Assembly (NCBI GenBank): GCA_026413965.1
Contig: JAOAJY010000004.1
Span: 1 to 54,928, forward strand
Direction: 5' to 3'
DNA length: 54,928 nucleotides
Source: Candidatus Micrarchaeota archaeon
GTDB lineage: Archaea > Micrarchaeota > Micrarchaeia > Anstonellales > Anstonellaceae
Part shown: one piece after another, positions 1-9,085 of the stretch
How positions within the stretch are numbered: the first letter of the stretch is position 1
Layout of the letters: every line of letters begins with the position of its first letter
The notes under the pieces: model-generated
Databases searched by the model: none
The model's input: only the letters and a program-made list of their open reading frames with translations
What the model was told of the DNA's origin: nothing
Position numbers and translations under genes: made by a program

Positions 1-1016
1 GACTCAAAAAGGAAAATGTTGCGTATGTCCTCCTCTGTAGCCCCAATAGCCTTCAGTATCCCTATCTCCTTCGTCCTCTCAATCACAGAGGTGAACATGT
101 TGGAGGCTATCGCCAGCCCTCCAACCACAAGCGAAATGCCTGCTATCGCCCCCAAAAACAAAGTTATAAGAGAAAGGATATTCCCTATGGCTTGCTGTAT
201 GCTCTTTGGATCCACCACAGAGTAATCCCTCTCCTCTGGCTTGACTTTGCGGCTGGCGTCCAGCTCAGCCTTTATCTTCTCCACCACTTCCTGGGTGTCC
301 GAGCCTTCTCGTGTGCGAAGCACCATGGCGCCTATCTCGTTGCTTGCATAGGTGTCTTTCAGCAAGCCCCTGGCATCTTCAAACATTATGAAAATCCCAG
401 AGTCAGTCCTGGATGAGGGGCCAAACCCGCCTCCAGATTTTTTCAGCACGCCCACAACTCGGTATTTCTCGCCCCCTATCTCAAGATAGCTGTTGACCTG
501 CACCCTGTTTTTCTGCCCAAACAGGCTGTTGGCGACGCTATCGCCCACCACAGCCACTTTCCTGTCGCTTTCAAGCAAAAATCTGCCCTCAGCAATCTCT
601 ATTGCGGTGGTCTTCTCAAACACTCCTGGCTCAATCCCGCTCACCGTTGCGCTTATCTCCTTGTCTTTGTATTTTACATTGGTCCTGCCCATTATCAGCC
701 TGGCGACATCAGTCACCTCAGGTATGCGCTTGACCCTCTCAACATCGTTCTGGTAAAGCTTCCCAGAGCTTGCCGGCGGCCTGCCGGAGAATGCAGCAGA
801 GCCCACATTCACGCGGGCGGCAGGAGTGATGAATACGGTGTTTCCGCCCAGCACAGAAAGCTGGTCATTGACTGCTTTGTTGAAGCCCTCCCCTATGTCA
901 AGCAAAGCCACAACAGAGGCAATCCCAATCACAATGCCTATTATGGTGAGCCAAGAGCGCATCTTTCGCTGCCTCAAGCTGTTGATGGAGTATCTGATTG
1001 CCTCTGCAAGCTCCAT
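1..1016 (-). CDS. ABC transporter permease, MacB/FtsX family (runs off the window edge)
   Basis: Not in the ORF track because it has no stop in the window. Hand translation from ATG 1016 gives MELAEAIRYSINSLRQRKMRSWLTIIGIVIGIASVVALL...ERTKEIGILKAIGATEEDIRNIFLFES, the MacB-type N-terminal TM motif and FtsX C-terminal signature. Confidence 0.93.
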   Translation of the reverse strand, partial: MELAEAIRYSINSLRQRKMRSWLTIIGIVIGIASVVALLDIGEGFNKAVNDQLSVLGGNTVFITPAARVNVGSAAFSGRPPASSGKLYQNDVERVKRIPEVTDVARLIMGRTNVKYKDKEISATVSGIEPGVFEKTTAIEIAEGRFLLESDRKVAVVGDSVANSLFGQKNRVQVNSYLEIGGEKYRVVGVLKKSGGGFGPSSRTDSGIFIMFEDARGLLKDTYASNEIGAMVLRTREGSDTQEVVEKIKAELDASRKVKPEERDYSVVDPKSIQQAIGNILSLITLFLGAIAGISLVVGGLAIASNMFTSVIERTKEIGILKAIGATEEDIRNIFLFE

Positions 1017-1045
1017 GGCTATTCCTCTGCTCAAGCAAAATGCTC

Positions 1046-2548
1046 TCAAGCCTCTTTCTTGCCAGCCCTGCCGGATTTCCTCATCCTGAAGTACCAGTAG
1101 CCTGCGGCAAGCAAGGCCAATGCTCCGGCCGCAATCAGCGGAAGGCTGCCATTTCCTCCTTTCCCTCCTGCCTCCTCCTGCGAGCGCACAGATATCTGGA
1201 TGTCCTGCTCCTTGTCTATCCATATGCCAGACTGGTCTTTATAGCGGACTTTGATGGGAAGCGGGTAGATTCCAGGCGAGGCTTTGACTTTCACCTTGTA
1301 TTGCACTGAGGAGAAATCGTCCGCGTCCAGCCCTCCTATGTACTGCGAGCGCTGGGCATTCATTATCTCAAACACTTCGCTTTGCCCAATCTCAGCCTCG
1401 ACATTCTGTATCCTGTATGAGCCTATATTTGACACGGTTATTGAAATGGCGTGCTCCCCGCCAGAGACTATAGGCGAAGGCTTTGCGTCCACAAACACCG
1501 CAACATCTGCATCTGAAGCAACCACCACAGGAACCGATGCCACCTCTTCCTTCTCCACGTCATTCTCAAACCACTTCAGCCTGAGAGTGGTGCTTTGGGT
1601 TCCTGGAGCAGTGTCCACAAAAACCCGGTATTCGGCAAGCTTCTCCTCCCCTGGCAAAAGGTTCCCTATTTTTATCTGCCTGCTTTCGCTAGGCCTTATC
1701 TTGCTGTCCTCCAGGTATATCTGCAAGTCCTCAAGGTTCTGCCTGCCGGTGTTTTTCACCTTAAGCGACAGCACTCCGCTTTGCGAAGCGACCAGCTTTC
1801 CAGCCTGGGCAAAGACTATGTCGGACTTTTCCTTCCTGACAGTCACCGCAAAGGGCTTAAGCTCGCTTGCCTCCGCCCCGCCCTCCTGCTGGTAGCTGAG
1901 CAAGAATGGGATTGAATTGACTCCCTCCTCCACATTCCTCGCGTCAATTGGCACAAGCACGCTTTTTTGCGAAACAACTTCTCCGACATATATCTGGCTG
2001 ACGCCTGAAAGCGAAAATCTGCTTCCTTCGGCAAGCTTGATGGTCACCCTGTCCGCCCTGCCACCGTTGTTGGTGATGGTCAGGTTGATGGTGTCTGTGG
2101 ATAAAAGCGTGGATTTGTCTGAGCTGAGCGTGATTATTGGCGGATTGACCACTTTGATTATTGCATTGACAGTTTTCAGGTCAGGCTTGTCTTTTTGCGA
2201 TATGAAAAATGGCACGGTTATCGCTCCGCCTTTTGCGTTGGGCAGAACCCTGAACGGTATGGAGACCAGCGCAGAGCCTCCGCTTTCAATAGTGCCTATG
2301 ATGAACGGGCTTTGCGCCTTGAACTCCACGCCAGCCACTGTCCCCCCGAAATACACCTGCACATTCTCAAGCTGCGCGGTGCTTGCGCTTCCAGCAGGTA
2401 TGGCATTTTTGACAGCGAACGTCACAGCCCCCTCTTCCCCTGGCTTGAGCACAGCAGGGGTGACGCTGTATGACTCGACCGCAAGCGCAGCGTAGGTCTG
2501 CCCAAGCAGCGCCGCAAGCGCAAACAAAACAAACCCCATGTTTCTCAT
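1046..2548 (-). CDS. COG1361 S-layer-domain / Ig-like secreted protein with C-terminal TM anchor
   Basis: Signal peptide MRNMGFVLFALAALLG after a GAGGTGA RBS; repeated beta-rich Ig-like segments (ITVSNIG, YIGGLDADDFSSVQY); C-terminal TM helix plus basic tail; lies between the ABC ATPase and permease. Confidence 0.8.
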   Translation of the reverse strand: MRNMGFVLFALAALLGQTYAALAVESYSVTPAVLKPGEEGAVTFAVKNAIPAGSASTAQLENVQVYFGGTVAGVEFKAQSPFIIGTIESGGSALVSIPFRVLPNAKGGAITVPFFISQKDKPDLKTVNAIIKVVNPPIITLSSDKSTLLSTDTINLTITNNGGRADRVTIKLAEGSRFSLSGVSQIYVGEVVSQKSVLVPIDARNVEEGVNSIPFLLSYQQEGGAEASELKPFAVTVRKEKSDIVFAQAGKLVASQSGVLSLKVKNTGRQNLEDLQIYLEDSKIRPSESRQIKIGNLLPGEEKLAEYRVFVDTAPGTQSTTLRLKWFENDVEKEEVASVPVVVASDADVAVFVDAKPSPIVSGGEHAISITVSNIGSYRIQNVEAEIGQSEVFEIMNAQRSQYIGGLDADDFSSVQYKVKVKASPGIYPLPIKVRYKDQSGIWIDKEQDIQISVRSQEEAGGKGGNGSLPLIAAGALALLAAGYWYFRMRKSGRAGKKEA

Positions 2549-2552
2549 ATTC

Positions 2553-3236
2553 TCACCTCGAAACCTTTCCATCAGCAACATGAATCGTCCTTTTTGTTAT
2601 CTTTGCCACCTCCAAATCATGCGTGACTATAAGTATGGTTTTGCCCTTGTCGTGTAGCTCCTTGAATCGCCGCAAGACCTCATGCCCTGTCCTGCTGTCC
2701 AAGTTGCCTGTTGGCTCGTCTGCGAGTATGATGTCCGGGTCATTTATCAGCGCCCTGGCTATCGCCACCCTTTGCCTCTGCCCTCCGGAAAGCTGGTTGG
2801 GGTAGTGCAAAAGCCGGTTGCCCATCCCTATCTCCTCAAGTATGGCTGAGGCTTTCTCAAAGGCTTTTTCTTTCGGCTGGTTGGCTATGATCGCAGGCAT
2901 GGCGACATTCTGCAGCACCGTCAGGCTTGGAATCAGGTTGAACATTTGGAAAATGAACCCTATTTTTTTCCCCCTTACTGCAGCAAGCTCTTTTTGGGAA
3001 AGGGCAGTGGTGTCTATTCCATCCAGGATTATCTTGCCTGTGGTTGGCGTGTCAAGAAGCCCAAGCATGTTGAGAAGGGTGGATTTTCCGCTTCCGGATG
3101 GGCCAAGTATGGCGGTGAATTCTCCCTCGTGAATCTCCATATTGACATCCCTGAGGGCATAGACTTTCTCCTCCCCCATCTGGTAGATTTTTGAAACCCC
3201 TATCAGTTGCATAAGCGCGCCTTTCCTTGCCCTCAT
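2553..3236 (-). CDS. ABC transporter ATP-binding protein (LolD/MacB-like)
   Basis: Walker A GPSGSGKST, Q-loop GFIFQ, signature LSGGQRQR, Walker B ILADEPTGNLD, H-loop VTHD. Confidence 0.96.
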   Translation of the reverse strand: MRARKGALMQLIGVSKIYQMGEEKVYALRDVNMEIHEGEFTAILGPSGSGKSTLLNMLGLLDTPTTGKIILDGIDTTALSQKELAAVRGKKIGFIFQMFNLIPSLTVLQNVAMPAIIANQPKEKAFEKASAILEEIGMGNRLLHYPNQLSGGQRQRVAIARALINDPDIILADEPTGNLDSRTGHEVLRRFKELHDKGKTILIVTHDLEVAKITKRTIHVADGKVSR

Positions 3237-3571
3237 GAAAGCATCTCCCTCAAAAATTCCCCAACCAAGCCGCCAAACAGCTTCTTTTCTTTTTCAAGCG
3301 TCTCTTTCCCTTTTTTGGTTATGCTGTATATTTTGCAGATTCTCTTCCCCCTCCGCCTGCTTTTTTCCTTCACCAGCCCCTCGCGCCTCATCTTGCTGAG
3401 CATAGGGTAAATGCGGTTCAGCCCTACTGCCGGATGCCCCTCTTGCTTGAGGGTTTTTATTATCTGGTAGCCATAGGTCTCCCTCTTTTTTATCAGCCAA
3501 AGGATGAACAAATACGCTTTCCTCATCATGTCAGGGTGCGCCCTTATGGCTCCAGGCATCCTATGCACCAT
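3233..3571 (-). CDS. PadR family transcriptional regulator
   Basis: YGYQIIK...IYPMLSKMRREGLV...KIYSITKKGKETL wHTH pattern; its stop overlaps the ABC ATPase start (ATGA). Confidence 0.88.
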   Translation of the reverse strand: MVHRMPGAIRAHPDMMRKAYLFILWLIKKRETYGYQIIKTLKQEGHPAVGLNRIYPMLSKMRREGLVKEKSRRRGKRICKIYSITKKGKETLEKEKKLFGGLVGEFLREMLS

Positions 3572-3583
3572 GCTCCAGCTAAT

Positions 3584-3605
3584 ATATGTCCATTAGTGGA
3601 TATAT
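3584..3605. promoter_or_regulatory. Candidate PadR operator (inverted repeat)
   Basis: ATATGTCCA-TTAG-TGGATATAT, 9-bp arms with one mismatch, between the padR start (3571) and a TATA-like tract (TATATTTATATAA, ~3618-3630). Confidence 0.5.
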
Positions 3606-3689
3606 CTAATTTTGGCATATATTTATATAATGAGCTGCACTGGCAGAGAGTAGGCGAGGGATTAAATCTTTTGCAGCGCAAATCAAGGC

Positions 3690-4814
3690 ATGGCAGGGAA
3701 CCAGGAGCCTGTGGAAAGAATAGCCAAGCTCCTAGACGACATAGCCTTCCCAAAGAAAAACGAGCGGATGCTGATAATGGCAGACTACCCGGAAGGCAAG
3801 CCTTGCGCGGATGATGCTGAGAGGCAAATTCTGGCACGCCAGTGGCATTCCGCAGCATCATGCCTATCCTCCAAAAAAGGCTTCAATTTGCTTCCTCTGG
3901 TGCTCTATCGGCAGACAGGCAAGAACAACGCCGAGCTGCCAAAGAAGGCATCAACAGCAGGCGGGGGGCATGTGGATGATTTGCCGTCGCTTATAGCAAG
4001 CTGCAACATAGCGATAGCAATCACAAAATACTCCGCATCCGCCCCCCTCAAGAACATAGTCGCCTCCTCAGGCTCGCTTCGCGCAATATCCATGCCAGGA
4101 GTGAATTTCAGCATGCAGGAAGCAATGCATGCTGACTACAGCAGTATAAGGGCTCGCGCGCAGAAGCTGCTGCCTATACTGCAGTCAGCAGCCAGCCTGG
4201 AGTTCCTCTTTGACGGCGCAGGGATTCCGCGCAAAACTTCCTTGCGCATAGACACGCGCGGCGCAGCCTGGGCAATCGACGCAGGCATCTGCCGCAGCAG
4301 CGGCGATTTCATAAACTTCCCATCAGGAGAAATCTTCGCGCCGCCATATGAGGGGGCGACTGAGAGCGGAAGGCTGATTTTAGGGGAATCGCAGACGCAG
4401 GGGGTCTGGCCAATCTACTCGCATGATGACGGCAAAGTCACTTTCCTGAAAGTCGAGAAGAACAGGATTGTCAGGGTGCAAGGGGATTCTGCTGAGGCAG
4501 AAAAAATAATTCGCGACATAGCGGATGATGAGAATGCGGCGAACATAGCAGAAGTGGGGCTGGGGCTGAATGAAAAGGCACGCAGCGGGCCAGGGGTGCC
4601 GGTCTTGGAGAGCGAAAAGGCAGGGCCGCACATAGCATATGGCAGAAACGACCATTTCGGAAGCCCCCACTCGCTTACAGGAAAAGTGAAAGCCTCTGTC
4701 CATGTTGATTATGTGTATGCCAGCCAGTCGCCCATCACAGCTACGGTGTTTGCGGTTTTCAAGAATGGCCAAAGCGTGCTGATTGCCCAGCGGGGCAAAA
4801 TTGTGGCAGTCTAG
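3690..4814 (+). CDS. Aminopeptidase, peptidase M29 / thermophilic metalloprotease-like
   Basis: NFPSGEIF, ANIAEVGLGLN, ESEKAGPHIAYG and VHVD motifs match the M29 metal-binding pattern. Confidence 0.72.
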   Translation: MAGNQEPVERIAKLLDDIAFPKKNERMLIMADYPEGKPCADDAERQILARQWHSAASCLSSKKGFNLLPLVLYRQTGKNNAELPKKASTAGGGHVDDLPSLIASCNIAIAITKYSASAPLKNIVASSGSLRAISMPGVNFSMQEAMHADYSSIRARAQKLLPILQSAASLEFLFDGAGIPRKTSLRIDTRGAAWAIDAGICRSSGDFINFPSGEIFAPPYEGATESGRLILGESQTQGVWPIYSHDDGKVTFLKVEKNRIVRVQGDSAEAEKIIRDIADDENAANIAEVGLGLNEKARSGPGVPVLESEKAGPHIAYGRNDHFGSPHSLTGKVKASVHVDYVYASQSPITATVFAVFKNGQSVLIAQRGKIVAV

Positions 4815-6626
4815 TCACATTTTCTCCAATGCCTCTATGCCAAGCAGGCCCATGGCATTCCGCATGGCAATCAGGGCTGCAGCATTTATCGCAAGCCTCA
4901 TCTGGCGCTTTTCTTCCTCCTGGCAGCCAATTATCGGGCATGCGTTGTAGAACTTGTTGTATGCAGTGGCAAGCTCAAGCGAATAGTCCGCAAGCAGGTG
5001 CGGCCTGAGCTGCTTAGCAGCATCCTGCACCACCAAGTCAAATGCCATTATTTTCTTCAAAAGCTCCTTTTCCTGGAGGGCCAAGTCTTTTGCGGAAGGC
5101 TTGCCCTCGCCGGCTTTGGAGAATATCTTGTGTGCGCGGGCGTGGGCGTACATCACATAAGGAGCGCTGTCGCCTTCCAAAGAAAGCGCCTCTTCCCATC
5201 TGAAAACTATCTTCTTCTCAGGAGTGGTCTTAAGCAAGGCAAATCTTATGCCGCCAGACGCAACTGCGGTGGCTATCTTCCCCCTTTCTGCCCCAACCAC
5301 ATCCTCCTTGATTTTTGATTCGGCTTTGACCAGCCCTTCAGAATAAAGCTCATCTGCTGTGTATCCTATCCATGTTCCCTGCCGCCCAGAAAATTTGGCA
5401 TCCTGGAGCCAAACATGCTCATATGACAAGTGGATGGAGTTTTCAGCCTCCTTGGCAAAACCTATCAGGCGCAGTATCTCCCTTATGGCCTTTTGCGGAT
5501 ATGCCTGCTCCATCCCAATCACATTTATCACTCTGGTGGCGCGCCCAAACCCCATTTTCCTTCCTTCATGGCTGCTCATGTAGCAATCATGCCCATTTGG
5601 CTGATGCATGAACCTTGAATAGGCAAATTCGCTTTTGATTATCCCAAACTTCCAAAGCTGGAAAATTACGTCCTTTCCTGTGTATGTGGCTGTCCCGTCG
5701 CTTCTTATCAGTATCTTGTCCGGCGACTCCATGCCTGAAAATTCTTTGCTTTGCAGCTTTGCCACCCAGCATCCTGCGTTCTTTCCCTCAGTTTCCTTGG
5801 AAATCGCATTGTTTGCTTTCAGAAGCTCCATGCCCTCCTGGAAAATCGTCCGCACTATGTCAGACTCAAATATAAGCACATCATGGTAAATCCCGAACTT
5901 GAACGCAGTCTCATATTGCGCTGCGACGCAGCTTTCCACAAGCTTTCGCGCCTCCTTTGCCTCCTTGCTTTCGCCATGCTCTATTGCTTTCAAAAGCTCG
6001 CGGACCTGCTTTTGGACATTTTCGTCAGATTCAAATCTTCTGGATACTTCCACATACTGCTCGCCCAGCCACAAGTCCAGTTTTCCAATAGGCTTCTTTC
6101 CCAGGTTCAAATATCCCCAAAAGCTTTGCGCAACTTGAAGCCCGAGGTCATCTATGTAATCAATCCTCTCAACATTCTCCCCTGAAAACTCCAAAATGCG
6201 GGCTACAGCATCCCCAAGAACCGCGTTGCGCAGATGGCCTATGTGCCAGGGCTTGTTCGGATTCACAGAGGGAAATTCCACAATTGTCTTGCCTTGCTTT
6301 TTTTGCCCCATCCCAAACCGTTCCTTTTCATTAAGAACGTGCGCAAGAAGCTGGCTATAAAACGCGTCTGAAAGGATGAAATTGACATACGGGCCGTCGG
6401 CTTTTGCGTAATCCACCCAGTCTGGCAGGAGGATTTTTCCAGCAAGCTCCCTTGCTTCCTCCGCAGGGCTTTTTCCATGCTTTTTTGCGGCATGAAAAGC
6501 CATTGAGGAGGCGACATCCCCAAACTGCCCTTTTGGGATGGCCAATGATGCCTCTGCCTGGCCGACATCGCATCCAGCCGCATCCGAAAGGGCTTTCGCA
6601 AGCCGAGCCCTCAACCGCAAGAACAT
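4815..6626 (-). CDS. argS: Arginine--tRNA ligase
   Basis: FPSVNPNKPWHIGHLRN (HIGH), RSDGTATY, EGDSAPYVMYAHAR and a C-terminal DALR-type domain; ATG 6626 follows a GAGGAG RBS. Confidence 0.97.
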   Translation of the reverse strand: MFLRLRARLAKALSDAAGCDVGQAEASLAIPKGQFGDVASSMAFHAAKKHGKSPAEEARELAGKILLPDWVDYAKADGPYVNFILSDAFYSQLLAHVLNEKERFGMGQKKQGKTIVEFPSVNPNKPWHIGHLRNAVLGDAVARILEFSGENVERIDYIDDLGLQVAQSFWGYLNLGKKPIGKLDLWLGEQYVEVSRRFESDENVQKQVRELLKAIEHGESKEAKEARKLVESCVAAQYETAFKFGIYHDVLIFESDIVRTIFQEGMELLKANNAISKETEGKNAGCWVAKLQSKEFSGMESPDKILIRSDGTATYTGKDVIFQLWKFGIIKSEFAYSRFMHQPNGHDCYMSSHEGRKMGFGRATRVINVIGMEQAYPQKAIREILRLIGFAKEAENSIHLSYEHVWLQDAKFSGRQGTWIGYTADELYSEGLVKAESKIKEDVVGAERGKIATAVASGGIRFALLKTTPEKKIVFRWEEALSLEGDSAPYVMYAHARAHKIFSKAGEGKPSAKDLALQEKELLKKIMAFDLVVQDAAKQLRPHLLADYSLELATAYNKFYNACPIIGCQEEEKRQMRLAINAAALIAMRNAMGLLGIEALEKM

Positions 6627-6664
6627 GCCAATACTCCTCAGCAAGCAGTTTTAACTGCAGCAGC

Positions 6665-7042
6665 CTACTTAAGAGCCTTGCGGGCAGCCGACTCATCCGC
6701 AGCTTTTATGGCAACCTCCACCAATCCCTTGCTTTTGGAGAGAAGATAAAGCGATTCTATGTCCACTCCTGCCTGCGCAAGCTTTCGCGTCACCTTGTAA
6801 AGCTCACCAGGGGCGTCGTTGAGCTTGATGATTATCACGTTTCCGGTTTTGAACGTGAAGCCTGCTTTGGTCAACGCTTTCTTTGCGGTCACGGTGTCTC
6901 CAGTTATTAGCCTAATCAGCCCCGAATCCCCAAGCCCTTGGGCAGAAATTGCCTCTATGTTCACGCCCGCGCTTCCAAGCAAGCCGCAGACTTTCGCAAG
7001 CACTCCGACCTTGTTCTCCGTTATAATGGTTATCTCCTCCAT
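6665..7042 (-). CDS. Stand-alone ACT-domain protein (two ACT repeats)
   Basis: ENKVGVLAKVCGLLGSAGVNIEAI and NDAPGELYKVTRKLAQAGVDIESL are tandem ACT signatures; GAGGGTGA RBS. Confidence 0.88.
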   Translation of the reverse strand: MEEITIITENKVGVLAKVCGLLGSAGVNIEAISAQGLGDSGLIRLITGDTVTAKKALTKAGFTFKTGNVIIIKLNDAPGELYKVTRKLAQAGVDIESLYLLSKSKGLVEVAIKAADESAARKALK

Positions 7043-7052
7043 CCAATCACCC

Positions 7053-7712
7053 TCAGCCCAAGGTAGGAAAAGCTGCCTTGAGGCCATTTATTATGAACTG
7101 CACTGCTATGGAGCACACCAGCAGCCCCATTATCTTCACCAGCGCAGATATGCCTTCTTGCCCAAGCTTTCGCTCTATGGTTGCTGAGAATTTCAGAACC
7201 AAAAAGTTTATTGCGCATGCTATGAATATGGCAGCCCAAAGCGCGATCTCAAACCACAAGTTCTTGGCTTGGCTTGCAAGCACCACAGTGGTGGTGATGG
7301 CTCCTGGGCCAGAAGTCATCGGTATGGCAAGAGGAACCACATAGACTTGCGCAGGAGAAGCCTGCAGGCCGCTTTGCTCAGATTTCGGGGGAAAAAGCAT
7401 CCTCATGCCAATCACCATCAGGATTGCCCCTCCTGCTATCCTGAACGAATCAATGGTTATCCCATATATTTGGAATATGAAAAATCCTGTCAGGGAAAAA
7501 AAGATAAGTACGCAGAATGCCACAAGCGCTGCCCGGAATGCAATCTTTGCTTTTTCTTCCGGCTTTTCATTTTTTGTGAGTGAAAGGTAGACTCCTATTG
7601 TTGAAAGAGGGTTGGTTATTGCAAGGACGGATATTAGGCATGTCGCAAAATAAGCGTAAATCTCCTCATTCATGCCAAGAATAGCCATGAAAAGTATAAA
7701 AGGCATTTCCAT
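7053..7712 (-). CDS. MarC family integral membrane protein
   Basis: ITNPL, FRIAGGAIL, VPLAIPMTSGPGAITT and KIMGLL motifs. Confidence 0.93.
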   Translation of the reverse strand: MEMPFILFMAILGMNEEIYAYFATCLISVLAITNPLSTIGVYLSLTKNEKPEEKAKIAFRAALVAFCVLIFFSLTGFFIFQIYGITIDSFRIAGGAILMVIGMRMLFPPKSEQSGLQASPAQVYVVPLAIPMTSGPGAITTTVVLASQAKNLWFEIALWAAIFIACAINFLVLKFSATIERKLGQEGISALVKIMGLLVCSIAVQFIINGLKAAFPTLG

Positions 7713-7777
7713 AATGCAACCGCGCTTTGGCTGTTCCAGCTTGCCCGCAAGCGCCAGCCAGCATCCAGATAAAGAGC

Positions 7778-8362
7778 TTATTGGGCCTTTATCCTGCTTT
7801 TAGCTTCTTGGGCAACCAAAGCAAATGCCGTCAGCAGCGCAAGTGCCTTCGCCAGCTCCGCAATTTCCATAAATGGCAAAGCTTGGCAGATAGCCATCGG
7901 CTCATTTGAAGGGTTGTCTGTCCCGCATATGACGTTCGCAGATGCCTCCCTTATGGCGTAAAGCAGCGCAAATGCCAGGTAAATTCTCCTTCCATGCTTC
8001 CTGTAAAGCGCGTATGCGATTGCTGAGGATGAAAGGATTACGAAAGCAGGCCCTCCCAGCATGAACATCACGGTCGGCACACCCTCCACGATTTTGGTCT
8101 GCTGGGGGCACAAGACGAAATCTATCAACGCGCATTTTTCCCAACCGCTTATCTGGAAAACCGGCAGCTTTCCTGTGTGGTAAAAGCTTCCTATTGCGCC
8201 AAAAACAACATGCCCAAGCTCATGGGCTGCGTATTCTGCGTATATGAGAGCCAAAAGCAGCGCCGCCCCTGCTGCCAAGGCAAAAATTGCCCTAAGCGCA
8301 ATCAATCTCCAAGGAGCCTTGCTTATTTTTATGGCTGCAAGCCTCATCAGCACCATCAGCAA
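7778..8362 (-). CDS. Membrane protein with HExxH motif (M50-like zinc metalloprotease, putative)
   Basis: Several TM segments, AAHELGHVVF at the end of TM1, a GGP motif and a later NVICGTD segment. Confidence 0.55.
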   Translation of the reverse strand: MLMVLMRLAAIKISKAPWRLIALRAIFALAAGAALLLALIYAEYAAHELGHVVFGAIGSFYHTGKLPVFQISGWEKCALIDFVLCPQQTKIVEGVPTVMFMLGGPAFVILSSSAIAYALYRKHGRRIYLAFALLYAIREASANVICGTDNPSNEPMAICQALPFMEIAELAKALALLTAFALVAQEAKSRIKAQ

Positions 8363-8390
8363 CAGGCTTCATGCCTATTTATTTTGCCTG

Positions 8391-8597
8391 CTATCTTTTG
8401 CTTTCATCAAGCCTGACTGTCATCAGCCTTTTTCGCCCGCAATTCCTGCACTCTATCTGGATGATTTTTGTTATTCTAAGCTCAGGCGAAAGGCACTTGT
8501 GGCAATAAGCATCTTTGAGCTCATCCTCCAGCTTCTTTTTCTTGCCATGCACCTCAACAGGCTTTTCGTCGCAGTCTATAATTGTCGGATTGTCCAT
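8391..8597 (-). CDS. Small zinc-ribbon protein (CxxC-x14-CxxC)
   Basis: 68 aa with CHKC and CRNC; ATG preceded by GATGGTG. Confidence 0.65.
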   Translation of the reverse strand: MDNPTIIDCDEKPVEVHGKKKKLEDELKDAYCHKCLSPELRITKIIQIECRNCGRKRLMTVRLDESKR

Positions 8598-8698
8598 AGC
8601 ACCATCTTGCCAATGCGCTGCAATCCTGCTTGCCCATCCTGCCTCATGCCTGCTGGCCTTCCTCAGAGCCCATTTCTTGCCTGCTTTCTGCCAGCATT

Positions 8699-8920
8699 CT
8701 AGTCATACCTTGTCCTCTCAGTGCATATTTTCTTTTCCCAGCTTTGCCGGTACTTTTCCTCAAGCATGGAGAATATCTCAATCGCGTCTTTTTTTGCCTG
8801 CTCTGAGCTTTCCCCCTCCACGCTGACCATCACATCCCCGTATCTTATTGTCACCGCTTTTCGGGTCGGAGGCGCGGGGGTTTTCGCGCCTTCTTTCTCT
8901 TCTTCCTCACTCATCGCCAT
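8699..8920 (-). CDS. Small hypothetical protein with acidic N-terminus
   Basis: M(A)MSEEEEKEGAKTPAPP...VTIRYGDVMVSVEGES...; a TTAAATAA TATA-like box ~25 nt upstream on the minus strand suggests a leaderless transcript. Confidence 0.6.
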   Translation of the reverse strand: MAMSEEEEKEGAKTPAPPTRKAVTIRYGDVMVSVEGESSEQAKKDAIEIFSMLEEKYRQSWEKKICTERTRYD

Positions 8921-8942
8921 CCAGCCTTTTTTGGGCATGAAA

Positions 8943-9063
8943 TTATTTAACATTTATGATGAAACCATTAACCGGCATAACAGAAATCGACTCCATTTTG
9001 GCAGAGGAATCGGCAGATTTTGTTCTCCCATTAGCTCCAAAGCTTTAAATTTAATCGGCATAA
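8943..9063. promoter_or_regulatory. Divergent promoter with repeated AAYCGGCA-type boxes
   Basis: TATA-like boxes at 8943-8950 (minus) and ~9044-9051 (plus). Repeats TAACCGGCATAA 8969-8980, ATTTTGGCAGAG 8995-9006, GAATCGGCAGAT 9007-9018, TAATCGGCATAA 9052-9063. Confidence 0.5.
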
Positions 9064-9085
9064 ATTTACTCGGGAGGTAGTTGGC

